The position numbers and the translations under genes were made by a program. DNA of 58,763 bases from a virus (lineage: Duplodnaviria > Caudoviricetes): positions 1 through 58,763 of the IMG/VR virus record IMGVR_UViG_3300031673_000048; one strand, written 5' to 3'. Of the stretch, positions 49,366-58,763 are shown one piece after another; the stretch's first letter is position 1; each line of letters starts with the position of its first letter. A model generated the notes under the pieces. It did no database searches and was not told where the DNA came from. It worked only from the letters and a program-made list of their open reading frames with translations.

Positions 49366-50697
49366 TTAAACTACAATCCCTACCGCATCGTCAATTAAAG
49401 CAAGAACATCTCCACACGGGCGATCCCAATCACCCCCGAATACTACTGTATCTATTAACGCAAGAGTATCATCAAGTGCTCGAAGACGGTCCAAAATAAA
49501 TGTAAAAGAATCAATTATTGCAAGACCTGTATCTGGTGTGCAGTAGTCAAGTACCACTCCCTCAAATGAAAATGATGCTGTCCAATTACAATCACCAGTT
49601 TGCGATATAACGTCTTCAGGAGATATAATGACACCAATCCATTCACGTCCTTCCCAATCAGTTAAAAGAATATCCTTACCAAGATGATTAATAATAAAAT
49701 CTTGTAATGCTATTGCTTCTGCCTCAGATAGGCCAATAAATGTAACCTTAATTGTATTAACTTTTGGCCAAGTAGAGTCAGCGAAAATAACAAGATTACC
49801 ACCCCTAGTTTCACGATTAATACGGTTACTTACATTTTGATCTATATTATCTAGTTCTGGTGCTCTTAAAAGTACAGTATCCTCTACTGCACCTAGTGCC
49901 GGATATTCTAGTCGAAACTGTTTGGTACTATCTTGAACAAATGGTAACATACTACCTGGAGGATTAATAGCATTAATTGTGGATTCACCTATAAACGGGG
50001 TATAACTTTTACGTATACAACCTGTATCAAAAAAGTATGTTAATGAATGGCCAATACCCAGCGTTTGTGATATGACTCTTACCCAATCACCGCCGAAAAC
50101 TACACTTGACTCTAATCCTAAATCTTGTATTGGTAGTCCATGATATTTACCTACAGTTATTGACTGATTAAAAGTAATAGTATCATTTATACTATACATT
50201 AACCTATAAGCATGATGTACAAAACTAAGTGTATTACTAACATTTTCTTCAATATATCTTGGCACAACTTGACTAAAAACTAAAATATCTTCAAGAGTAT
50301 GGTAATGATTTCTACTCCTCGCACTATCAGTAAATACAATAGTATGCTCAAGGTCTCTATAAAATGGTGTGTAACCAGATGCTACTTGGCTGAATGGTAT
50401 AACAGATTCACCCCATTCGTAACCATATATTCGTACACTTTGTTGTAGATTAAGAACATTTTGTGTTGGCCAAAAATCATTATAATGAACAAGATGATCA
50501 AGTCTATCTGTAATCTCCAGCTCATTATCAGTTTCACCTGGAACTGGTACTCTGGTTAATATCTCAATGTACTGCCTAGTGATTCTAAGATCACCATCAC
50601 CAGAAGCAAGAATTTCGGCATATTGCCTAGTAACCCTAAGATCACCATCACCGGGGGCAAGAACTTCGGTATATTGTCTTGTGGCTCGTAGAACCAT
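49366..50697 (-). CDS. Minor tail protein with N-terminal 17-aa repeats
   Basis: LR.TRQY.E.L x3; tail module position. Confidence 0.6.
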   Translation of the reverse strand: MVLRATRQYTEVLAPGDGDLRVTRQYAEILASGDGDLRITRQYIEILTRVPVPGETDNELEITDRLDHLVHYNDFWPTQNVLNLQQSVRIYGYEWGESVIPFSQVASGYTPFYRDLEHTIVFTDSARSRNHYHTLEDILVFSQVVPRYIEENVSNTLSFVHHAYRLMYSINDTITFNQSITVGKYHGLPIQDLGLESSVVFGGDWVRVISQTLGIGHSLTYFFDTGCIRKSYTPFIGESTINAINPPGSMLPFVQDSTKQFRLEYPALGAVEDTVLLRAPELDNIDQNVSNRINRETRGGNLVIFADSTWPKVNTIKVTFIGLSEAEAIALQDFIINHLGKDILLTDWEGREWIGVIISPEDVISQTGDCNWTASFSFEGVVLDYCTPDTGLAIIDSFTFILDRLRALDDTLALIDTVVFGGDWDRPCGDVLALIDDAVGIVV

Positions 50698-51717
50698 TTA
50701 TCCAACCTTTACTCCGAACTCCGCTGCATTAATAGCAGCAGCTAACCAAGCTGCGGCAGTATCTGGGTCTAATTCAGCAACTCGTCGCTTGGTAACGTAA
50801 TCCGTTGTACCGATAGCTTGAGCAGCATCGTCATCATCTGCTCCATTAGATCGTACAACTGTTATTAAACTAAAAGCAGATGCATCTGTCTCTCGACAGT
50901 CCGTATTAATTTGAAGACCTTTAATATTAATTAATGCACCAACATCATCGTAAGTATATGTATCTTTATTGGCCGGTGTTGAATCCTCAATATAATTGGT
51001 ATCATCATCGACTATTTCTTCACTAACGCAAAACCAATTTGCCCCAGCACTAGGGGTGAAATCAGTAGTATTACCAACACCGTCAGGAAAAATGGCAGTG
51101 ATATGGCAATTACCGAGAAAATCATTATTAATCGCTCCGGCACCATCACAGACATAAAAGTCATCAAACCAAGGATATGTTGCTGAACTACCTAATTGTA
51201 CAATATTATAAAAAGTGTCTACTCCCTCCTGAGTATCTACACCAGCGGCACTAAGGACGTTCGCTCCACCAACTCTTAATTCATAAGTTCCCGCTGCATT
51301 ATCAACAAAAACTTTTAGCTCAATCCAGTACCAATCTCCTATAGTTAAACCAAGACCAACTGTTGTTCCAAGAGTAGTTACACCTCGTCTTAGCCGTAGT
51401 TCGCCCCCAGTTATATATTGTAAATTTATGCCAAGAACAGCATCATCATATAACTCTAAAAAAGCGTCTGTATTATCTAATGTAATTTTAACTGCGAAAC
51501 CGATAATTATAGTCGCATTAATATTTATCGCTGGAGTTTTGAGGGAACAAGCACTAACTACACAATTAATGCCTTTCCCAGATATTCTCCCTGTTATTAC
51601 ATCAATACTACTTTCACTTCCCATAGCATATCGACGAGTCATCACCCCAGACGGCGATGGAGCACTACCGATACTAGTACCATAGCCCTCGAAGCCATCT
51701 ATCCAAAGTAAAGACAT
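50698..51717 (-). CDS. Virion protein with a lectin-like beta-sandwich
   Basis: DGFE, WYWIE, FDDFYVCD motifs; tail module position. Confidence 0.55.
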   Translation of the reverse strand: MSLLWIDGFEGYGTSIGSAPSPSGVMTRRYAMGSESSIDVITGRISGKGINCVVSACSLKTPAININATIIIGFAVKITLDNTDAFLELYDDAVLGINLQYITGGELRLRRGVTTLGTTVGLGLTIGDWYWIELKVFVDNAAGTYELRVGGANVLSAAGVDTQEGVDTFYNIVQLGSSATYPWFDDFYVCDGAGAINNDFLGNCHITAIFPDGVGNTTDFTPSAGANWFCVSEEIVDDDTNYIEDSTPANKDTYTYDDVGALINIKGLQINTDCRETDASAFSLITVVRSNGADDDDAAQAIGTTDYVTKRRVAELDPDTAAAWLAAAINAAEFGVKVG

Positions 51718-51749
51718 AGTCTCACCATTCTTTCCTTTAAAGATTAACT

Positions 51750-52241
51750 TTAACCGCTAACAGTGTAAGTAATCTTAAAGGTATCACCGCCAGAAACAGC
51801 TACAACAGAAGTAAAAGCCGCTGTTGACCAAAGGATGCCTATTGCACCGCCCTTAGTATTATCGCTAACAATAAAGATTCCTTTCATATTTCCTATTGCA
51901 TTGATACTAAAATCAACAGTTACAGCATTAGTAATGGCTCGTGCAGCAGCAGCACCCTCCGTCCATTCAGGCCTGTTAGCTTCTGTGTATGCCACTGATT
52001 CTGCCCAACCAGCGTGTGCAGCCATTGTATCAGCAGCAGCCCAAGCAGTCCATCCTGCATTATCAACTAGACCGATATACCATGTTGCAACTTGAGCAGC
52101 TGCATGGAATTCAGTGTCAAGAATATGATTAAAACCGACATCGACAATACCGTTAGGCATTTCATAAGCACCAATTAATTCACCACTCTTATTACGATGC
52201 TCTACAACAAAGAAGCCTCTTAAACTAAACTTGTCTTTCAT
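51750..52241 (-). CDS. Minor tail protein
   Basis: N.IV..G.N, WYIGL, GDTFKITY. Confidence 0.65.
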   Translation of the reverse strand: MKDKFSLRGFFVVEHRNKSGELIGAYEMPNGIVDVGFNHILDTEFHAAAQVATWYIGLVDNAGWTAWAAADTMAAHAGWAESVAYTEANRPEWTEGAAAARAITNAVTVDFSINAIGNMKGIFIVSDNTKGGAIGILWSTAAFTSVVAVSGGDTFKITYTVSG

Positions 52242-52265
52242 TTTTCTACCTTGTTAAGAAGACTG

Positions 52266-55200
52266 TTAAAACTTACGAATTGTTTTACGACTAATCTCAC
52301 GCCGTATTTGTGTAGCAATTTCTCGTGCTGTCGCTTGGGGCGATTTCGATTCTGTTACATTGATATTAATATCACCAACAGAGCCACCTGTCTCCCGGTA
52401 TACTGGTTGTCTTCCAGAGTTCATAGCAACTAATTGCGAAAAGAACTTTCTTGAAGAGGCAGCATTAACAACAAACTCGCCTGGCGATAACATAGCAGGG
52501 ATAGTGTCTGTGCCTCTTGGAGTGAAACCACCACCGGCTCTATAGATCATTCCGCCGTATGCTTTACCAGTCGCCCCAACACCAGAGCCAATAGAAGCTA
52601 CAGCAGCAGCAGTTACTCTAGCTTGTTCGGCAATAGTCTCCAATGATGATATAATTGAGCTTGACCCACGTGCAACATTAGCCACGGCATTAATAATGCC
52701 AGTTGATAAAGATGTGTCAATATTTTGTCCAGTATTTGTTGCCGCTGCATCTAAAAATGTTAATGCATCTTTAACTGGATCGGTGCTTGCAGCCATTTTA
52801 TCCATAAAGGCTTTACCGACTTCGGCTTTAGCTCCTTCCTCTTTTATAGATACTTCTATCTCTGGCAATTCATTTAGCTTGTCAACTAATTCTTGACCAG
52901 AAACAGCAGCCTCATGTAAACTATCAAATAGTCCAAAAGTACCAAGAATCGCTCCAGCAGTCCATTCAATAAAACCTCCCTTAGTTGCATCCTCACTAGA
53001 TTTGCGCAAAAGAGTATTAAGATTTATAATATTTGTCACTCTAGCTGAATACTCAGTGGTATTAGCTTTTCCTTCTGCTGCTAATTTTAAAGCAGCATCC
53101 AGCTCTACTTTATACGCAGCTTTAATATCATTAGCCATTCTAGCAGTTTGACCGCTTCTTTCATTAGCAGTAATTTTTGCTGATGTGGCTGCTTTATCAA
53201 CTGTTGCTCCAAATTTATCATATGTCTTATCTGCATCTATAATTGCAGTTCTTAGTTTTCCTTGGGCTTCTGCTTGGGATGCCAAAGCCTTAGTAGTTAT
53301 ATCTAGTTGCTTTTTCATTTCTACACCTGATGCTTGTTGTTCAGAAACATCAGGAGTCTTGGCTCTTAAAGCGTTTAACCTACTAATAGAGTTTGTTACC
53401 GCGTGCTCAAATGTGGTTACTTGACCAGTTAAAGCGTCATAAAAACTTTTAGACACAGAAGCAAGTTCATCATGTAGTTCTGGTGTGTTGGCTAGATCAA
53501 TATACATATCTAACTTAAGCATTTCTTTTATCTCACCGACAACACCTTTCATTTTAGCTATAATTTTTTCTCTGTCAATTGGATCACTTGTCTTCTTTAA
53601 TTCTTCTGTCAATTTCTTGAACTCATCTACCGCTGGTCCTATTGCCGCTGAAAATCTATTCATAGACGCAACAGACTCATTAATAGCAGTAGCCTGGTTG
53701 ATAGATTGTTTTTTAATTCTTTCTTGGGTAGATAATTGATTCTGCATAGCAAGTTCTACCTCTTGCTCTGCTTTTCTTATTAATACTCTATTGCCGCTTT
53801 GATCAGCAGTTGCTAATGCTGATTTAGCTTCATTTAAAGCTCTCTCATTAACAGATTTAGCTAGATCATTTTCTCCCCTATTAGAAGCTGCTAATGCTTC
53901 ACTTCTCAATTGCTGTGAACGCTCCAGTCTTTTGTATATTTCTTGTATTGTATTAAGTTTTTGAATACTTCTATCAAATTTCCAATCATTAATATTTGCT
54001 CTTATATTCTTGGTTTCTGAAGCTATTTCCCTTAATTTACTTGGTAAATCAGTAGCAAAATCCCTGAACTTACCAAATAATCCATTTATAGCAGAAACAT
54101 GATCGCCTAATTGATCTTCTAAACTACCAAACATAATCTCTTCATTACGTCTGATATTACTACTAGCGTCATTGTATAATTTCTGCTTAGCGAAAAGCAT
54201 TTTCTGTGCTTCACTAAGAATTTTCTTATTATTTTCTACTTGTTCTTGTAATTCTATTTTATAATTCGCTAATTTAACTGTTTCTTTGCCTGTTGACTCA
54301 GCAACTAAAGCGTCACGAGCCTCTTTAGCTTTCTTAATATACCTATTAAGAGAGTAACTGATAATTGTTACTGCACCAACGACAACAGCCGCCCATAGAA
54401 TAGGTGATTTTACTAATTTCATCCAATCACGATTTAAAACTGCTGTTTTAAGGCCGACAGCTTGTATTCGTGAAATTATTGCTGTTGTCGCTGCCACAAC
54501 ATTACTTCTCATTAATAACCAAGTAGTGGCTCCCAAAGCCAACGCTGTAGTAAATGTTGCAATAGTGCCAGTTGCACCGCCAAAAGAATCGAAGACGACT
54601 TTAGTTACGTCAGTAGCCACTCTACCAAAACCAACTAGTGCTATATTTAATCTATTTAATTCAAGCTCTACTTGGCGTGCATTAGTTTCAAAAACTATAG
54701 TTTTAGCTCCTTTTATAGTTTCTGCAGCAGCTTCCTTTAATTCCTTTAAATCACTTGTATAAGTCTCCATATATTTTGATCCGAGACCTAATGCACCACG
54801 GATAGCACGTACTCTTCCATAAAGATTAGCTAACTCTGAAGCCGTACTACCAGCACTTTTTTCTATTTCTGCTAGTAATCCCTGGAAACCATAGGCTTGT
54901 ATACCAGCTTCAGAAGTAGCGATACCCATTTCCTTGAAAAGATTTTTTAAGTTTTGAGTTGGCTTAATAAGTTTTAATTGAATATTACTAACTAACGTGA
55001 AAGCCTCATCATACTTCATACCACTTCTTGTTAATACAGTTATAGAGGCTAATGTCTCTTCAAGTGAAACACCTAACTGACTAGATAGAACAGTTATTCT
55101 ACCAATAGTATCAGCGATTTCCTCACCACGGAAACGACCTAGCTCAATAGCTCGGAAGAGCTTACCGGAGATTTCAGCGGCATCGGAGGTATTAAGATTA

Positions 55201-56141
55201 TATGAGTTAATGATAGATGACAATAATTCTACCGACGATCCTAGATCAGTTACAGCAGCGATACTAAAATCACTAGCAGTTTGAAGGAACTCAAACGAAT
55301 GGGCGGCATCTGCTACTTGATTAGATAATGTCTGATAAATACCCTCAGTAACAGCAGTAAGCGGCTGGCCTGTTGCAGCAGAAAACTCTTCTACTTTTGC
55401 AGCCAAATTCTCTAAACTACCGAAACCTCCGTCTGCAATAGTTTGTATCTCTGATAATGCTTTAACATATTCTCTTGCATCCTCAGCGGATTGTTTTAAT
55501 GCACCAGATATTTTAGATATTGCTTGGTGAATAACCTGAATAGCGAAAATACGTATAACACTTTTCCAACTAAGAAGCATACTCCCGCTGGCTTTTTTAG
55601 TGGTATCAGTTAGTTTGGTTGTTGAGTTTCTAACACCAGTTAAACTATTAGTATAACTTTTTGCTGAAGTTATTCCTTTGTTTTGTGCTGCACTTAGCTG
55701 GTTAGTGCCACTACTAGCACCTATTATACCAAGACCCATTAAACCAGATGATTGTTTTATGCCAGTAAGAGTATTGACGTACTTTTTTGCTGATGATATT
55801 CCGCTATTTAATGACGAATTTAATGCACGAACACTATTATCTGTACCAGTTAAATTTGCACCAATTTGAACTGCTGCTTGTTTTATGCTAGTTAAACTAT
55901 TAGTATAACTTTTTGCTGAAGTTATTCCTTTGTTTTGTGCGTTGCTAAGAGTATTAGTTGCTGAAGCAGTTGATATTAATCCTGATCGAGTTACACTAGC
56001 AGAAGTATTAAACGTTTTATTAGTAGTAGCAGAACGCATTAATGCTGCTGAATAAACGTCTAATGAAGTAGCTAGCTTCGCTAGTGTGGCAATCGCACCT
56101 GCTGCCTCGAAGCCTAATACAGTCCTTAATTCTTCTGCCAT
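52266..56141 (-). CDS. Tail tape measure protein
   Basis: 1291 aa, Ala-rich and helical; TP901-like core; GTDTIPAMLSPGEFVVNA C-terminus. Confidence 0.93.
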   Translation of the reverse strand: MAEELRTVLGFEAAGAIATLAKLATSLDVYSAALMRSATTNKTFNTSASVTRSGLISTASATNTLSNAQNKGITSAKSYTNSLTSIKQAAVQIGANLTGTDNSVRALNSSLNSGISSAKKYVNTLTGIKQSSGLMGLGIIGASSGTNQLSAAQNKGITSAKSYTNSLTGVRNSTTKLTDTTKKASGSMLLSWKSVIRIFAIQVIHQAISKISGALKQSAEDAREYVKALSEIQTIADGGFGSLENLAAKVEEFSAATGQPLTAVTEGIYQTLSNQVADAAHSFEFLQTASDFSIAAVTDLGSSVELLSSIINSYNLNTSDAAEISGKLFRAIELGRFRGEEIADTIGRITVLSSQLGVSLEETLASITVLTRSGMKYDEAFTLVSNIQLKLIKPTQNLKNLFKEMGIATSEAGIQAYGFQGLLAEIEKSAGSTASELANLYGRVRAIRGALGLGSKYMETYTSDLKELKEAAAETIKGAKTIVFETNARQVELELNRLNIALVGFGRVATDVTKVVFDSFGGATGTIATFTTALALGATTWLLMRSNVVAATTAIISRIQAVGLKTAVLNRDWMKLVKSPILWAAVVVGAVTIISYSLNRYIKKAKEARDALVAESTGKETVKLANYKIELQEQVENNKKILSEAQKMLFAKQKLYNDASSNIRRNEEIMFGSLEDQLGDHVSAINGLFGKFRDFATDLPSKLREIASETKNIRANINDWKFDRSIQKLNTIQEIYKRLERSQQLRSEALAASNRGENDLAKSVNERALNEAKSALATADQSGNRVLIRKAEQEVELAMQNQLSTQERIKKQSINQATAINESVASMNRFSAAIGPAVDEFKKLTEELKKTSDPIDREKIIAKMKGVVGEIKEMLKLDMYIDLANTPELHDELASVSKSFYDALTGQVTTFEHAVTNSISRLNALRAKTPDVSEQQASGVEMKKQLDITTKALASQAEAQGKLRTAIIDADKTYDKFGATVDKAATSAKITANERSGQTARMANDIKAAYKVELDAALKLAAEGKANTTEYSARVTNIINLNTLLRKSSEDATKGGFIEWTAGAILGTFGLFDSLHEAAVSGQELVDKLNELPEIEVSIKEEGAKAEVGKAFMDKMAASTDPVKDALTFLDAAATNTGQNIDTSLSTGIINAVANVARGSSSIISSLETIAEQARVTAAAVASIGSGVGATGKAYGGMIYRAGGGFTPRGTDTIPAMLSPGEFVVNAASSRKFFSQLVAMNSGRQPVYRETGGSVGDININVTESKSPQATAREIATQIRREISRKTIRKF

Positions 56142-56143
56142 TT

Positions 56144-56608
56144 TTAAATCTTTATTTTTGTAATTTTAAGTGTGGGTGCTATTAATCTTACTTTATTGAG
56201 AACAGGCCAAGCCATTTTAGCACCAGCTATTAATGATTGCCATGGGGCGGACTTACTTACACCGACATTAGTATATTCTTGAATATTGTAGTGATCGACG
56301 TTTGTTTTTATAGTGATATTAAAATCACTAAAATCTAGTTTCTCTTTTGCAGTTCCAAGAGACCGCCCCTGAGTAATTCTATTTTTAACACCACTTCTTG
56401 GAGTAATAATTAGTGTGCCGTTAATTAGTTCGGCTAATTCTAATAACGATCCTTGAGATTGCCCAGACCAAACAGGTATTTTACCAACAACACCAAGAAG
56501 CCACGCGTTTGCTACTTTACGCAATTCTTTTTGAAGATGTTTCGTTAGTAATGCCTTATAGGCATTGAGATCAATGGTCGGCAGAATGAACTCACCAGTG
56601 AATCTCAT
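56144..56608 (-). CDS. Putative tail completion protein (HK97 gp10-like)
   Basis: IPVWSGQSQGS resembles the PV.TG..R.S motif. Confidence 0.45.
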   Translation of the reverse strand: MRFTGEFILPTIDLNAYKALLTKHLQKELRKVANAWLLGVVGKIPVWSGQSQGSLLELAELINGTLIITPRSGVKNRITQGRSLGTAKEKLDFSDFNITIKTNVDHYNIQEYTNVGVSKSAPWQSLIAGAKMAWPVLNKVRLIAPTLKITKIKI

Positions 56609-56763
56609 TTCTTTTTCTTCTTTTTCTTTTCTTCTTTTTCTTTTTCTTTTTCTTTTTCTTTTTCTTCAATGGACTTGGAGCCATATTTCTTAGTCCATTT
56701 CTTCGCCAATGCTGGTCTATTCGCCCACATCCATTTACGCTGCTTAGAAGAAACAAAAGGCAT
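56605..56763 (-). CDS. 52-aa basic protein with an (EK)n/poly-K tail
   Basis: MPFVSSKQRKWMWANRP; (GAAAAA)n tail; ATGA coupling. Confidence 0.7.
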   Translation of the reverse strand: MPFVSSKQRKWMWANRPALAKKWTKKYGSKSIEEKEKEKEKEKEEKKKKKKK

Positions 56764-56765
56764 AA

Positions 56766-57353
56766 TTATACAAACCTTTCATAATATTTATCTTTAGTAT
56801 ATAAATTCCATGCTTCAACAGTTGTCTTTGAACCAAAAAACTGATGAAAATGTTTATGAATAATTTTCTGGACTACTATAACGTTTTTAGGGCCATATTT
56901 TAATTCTGGATGGCTCCAAATTGGGCATATATGGTGGACACATAAATCAACATTAGTTTTATCAGTCAATTCACATGTATAATTTCGTTCCTCTAAAATT
57001 GTTTTAATAAAAAATTTACGTTTACTGCTAAGCGACCACTTTCTAACCTTGGTTCTATCTTTTAACCAACTCCCATTTTTATTACCAAAATTAGATTTAT
57101 TAGAAAGATAACGATTAGAGGTTTTATTCATTAAAATTAAATTATTTATAACCCCTACTTTTTTACCATTTTTAAATGATAGCGAAGCAGCCTCACTTCT
57201 ATTACGTAGTACACCACGTTTCTTTAGTAAATTTTTAATAGACCCATAGCTAAAACCATATTTATCTTCCAAGTCTCTACTACTTAATCCATTTTTATAT
57301 TCATTTATAATTAATAATTTAAATTTATCAGGTATAGTGCTTTTATCTTTCAT
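56766..57353 (-). CDS. HNH endonuclease with N-terminal HTH
   Basis: CELT...VHHI.P...N...HKHFH; AAGGAG RBS before MKDK. Confidence 0.75.
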   Translation of the reverse strand: MKDKSTIPDKFKLLIINEYKNGLSSRDLEDKYGFSYGSIKNLLKKRGVLRNRSEAASLSFKNGKKVGVINNLILMNKTSNRYLSNKSNFGNKNGSWLKDRTKVRKWSLSSKRKFFIKTILEERNYTCELTDKTNVDLCVHHICPIWSHPELKYGPKNVIVVQKIIHKHFHQFFGSKTTVEAWNLYTKDKYYERFV

Positions 57354-57376
57354 AATTTCTCCTTTGATTTTAAAAG

Positions 57377-57449
57377 CTCCACAGTCAGGATTCGGACCTG
57401 AAACCAAGTGATTAACAGTCACTCGCTCTACCAATTGAGCTACCGTGGA
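57377..57449 (-). tRNA. tRNA-Asn(GTT)
   Basis: Full cloverleaf, CT-GTT-AA loop, G discriminator; T loop reads TCCGAAT. Confidence 0.88.
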
Positions 57450-57456
57450 GAATCAT

Positions 57457-58121
57457 TTAAACAAACTGCACAACATGCGGTAACATTTCTATCTCTTCTA
57501 ACTCACGCACCTGATTATATGCTATAAGTTCAGCTTGAATTTGCACATTACATTCATCCCAAGTTATTTCTACTCCTGGGGGTCGGATTCCGTGGCGTTC
57601 ACAACTTCGCCAGACAATGTACTTTTCCGTTCTTCCTTTAGGGAAGATAATATGGCGAGTTGTCGGGACTCTCTGAGTAAAAAAGAGTCACGAGCCTGTT
57701 CAATTCTGGCCTCATTGAGACCTTGGGCTGTTAAACTGCCATTAATAATACGATTCACTTCAAGATCGGAAAATCCTGAACTATTTAGTTCCTGCCTAAA
57801 TAAAAGCCAAGTGCTAGGATCATCTAAGTCAACTTGTTCCCACTCCAATTCAGGAGTTGCTTTTAATGATGTTAAAATCAACCAAGCGGTTTTCTTTTCG
57901 CTATATTTAACGATTTTAGCATTATAGTTTTTGTCTTTGAAATCAGGAACATCTTCCCCGTCTATCTTCTTTAAACGGGGCTTCGGCACAGGACACAACT
58001 TATCAAACGGTTTATGGTCTAATACCGCCTCGGCAATAAAAACAATATCATCACCGTCGCCGCGGGGGATAGCAATAATCTCCCTGTTGGCTCCGGTGAT
58101 CTTTTTTCCTTTAATTCTCAT
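57457..58121 (-). CDS. Tail assembly chaperone, -1 frameshift extended form (gpGT-like)
   Basis: T TTT TTA at 57678-57684; -1 frame is open to 57457 (PKGRTEKYIVWRSCERHGIRPPG...). Confidence 0.8.
57570..58121 (-). CDS. Tail assembly chaperone (gpG-like)
   Basis: Between the major tail and tape measure genes. Confidence 0.8.
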   Translation of the reverse strand: MRIKGKKITGANREIIAIPRGDGDDIVFIAEAVLDHKPFDKLCPVPKPRLKKIDGEDVPDFKDKNYNAKIVKYSEKKTAWLILTSLKATPELEWEQVDLDDPSTWLLFRQELNSSGFSDLEVNRIINGSLTAQGLNEARIEQARDSFLLRESRQLAILSSLKEERKSTLSGEVVNATESDPQE

Positions 58122-58149
58122 AGAAATATCCTTTTATTAATAATTGTTA

Positions 58150-58763
58150 CTAGATACGGGTGGCAGTTGCTTCTACAACATTGCACTTACCAGAACATGA
58201 AATCTGAGAGTCACGTAGATTGTGCTCCAGAGATTCATACCGGAAGTAAGGTAATTCAATCTTTTCGGTATTGTTGCCACCACAACCTGGATCATACCAG
58301 ATAATAATATCAACGCAATAAGGGGCACAGGTATCGGGATCAGATGTCTCCCATGCTGCCGCTTCACCGCGTTTCTTTAATACATCCTCAAGAGTAGGAA
58401 TACCGCTAGCAGTTACAGCAGTAATCCATTCCCATGTGAACTCGAACTTAACATCAACTGGAGCCTCATCACCGTTTCTTACCGAATCGAGACTACCACG
58501 ATCAAGCACGTAATCACGATTAACCGTCTCAGTCCAAACGACGTTTCCTTCACCGACTTTGACTTCAAGCCGACGACCAGTGAACGCTACCGTACCACCA
58601 GCACCAATAGCCATAGCAAGACCGTCTACCAAAGTGATAGTATCAGTGCTAGTATCAGAACTTCCTGTTTCAGTTGCTACCCATGTTGCAGCACCGCCAG
58701 TCGGTAGAGTGCTTAGAGTGAACCGAGTAGCAATAATCTCTTGATTATCATTAAACGTAACAA
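58150..58763 (-). CDS. Major tail protein (5' end outside the window)
   Basis: Frame open to the window edge; lies upstream of the chaperone; tube-like beta pattern. Confidence 0.7.
   Translation of the reverse strand, partial: VTFNDNQEIIATRFTLSTLPTGGAATWVATETGSSDTSTDTITLVDGLAMAIGAGGTVAFTGRRLEVKVGEGNVVWTETVNRDYVLDRGSLDSVRNGDEAPVDVKFEFTWEWITAVTASGIPTLEDVLKKRGEAAAWETSDPDTCAPYCVDIIIWYDPGCGGNNTEKIELPYFRYESLEHNLRDSQISCSGKCNVVEATATRI

Noticed and set aside
56766-57434. HNH start at 57434
   Set aside because: The upstream extension runs through tRNA-Asn; the RBS supports 57353
46130-58744. Short plus-strand ORFs opposite the tail genes (and similar antisense ORFs elsewhere)
   Set aside because: Shadow frames of long minus-strand genes, without RBS or recognisable motifs

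Overview
AT-rich segment of a tailed dsDNA phage (siphovirus-type tail module); no integrase, terminase or capsid gene is seen in the window. Layout: (1) 1-37.6 kb, a minus-strand arm. It holds many small accessory genes, an ATP-dependent DNA ligase, a PD-(D/E)XK nuclease, two tRNA-like genes, a sigma-70-family sigma factor, a nucleotide-metabolism block (deoC, ndk, thyX, dCMP deaminase, class II RNR, PQ-loop transporter), a family A DNA polymerase, an RNA ligase, two ParB-family proteins and an intein-containing SNF2-type helicase. (2) A symmetric divergent control region at about 37.65-38.25 kb. (3) A plus-strand operon (intein-containing primase-helicase, dNMP kinase, NDT/DNPH1-like enzyme, Endo VII, DEDDh exonuclease). 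(4) A minus-strand tail module (tail tip proteins, tape measure, chaperone with a -1 frameshift site, major tail protein) interrupted by tRNA-Asn and an HNH gene. Most notable: a possible phage dNMP hydrolase + DERA nucleotide-remodelling route; a leader motif shared by three transcription starts, in a phage with several ParB genes and no ParA in the window; a chimeric tRNA-Ile(UAU); tandem repeats beside promoters; and widespread decay of accessory genes and homing endonucleases while core genes stay intact. All calls come from motif reading only; no searches were run.
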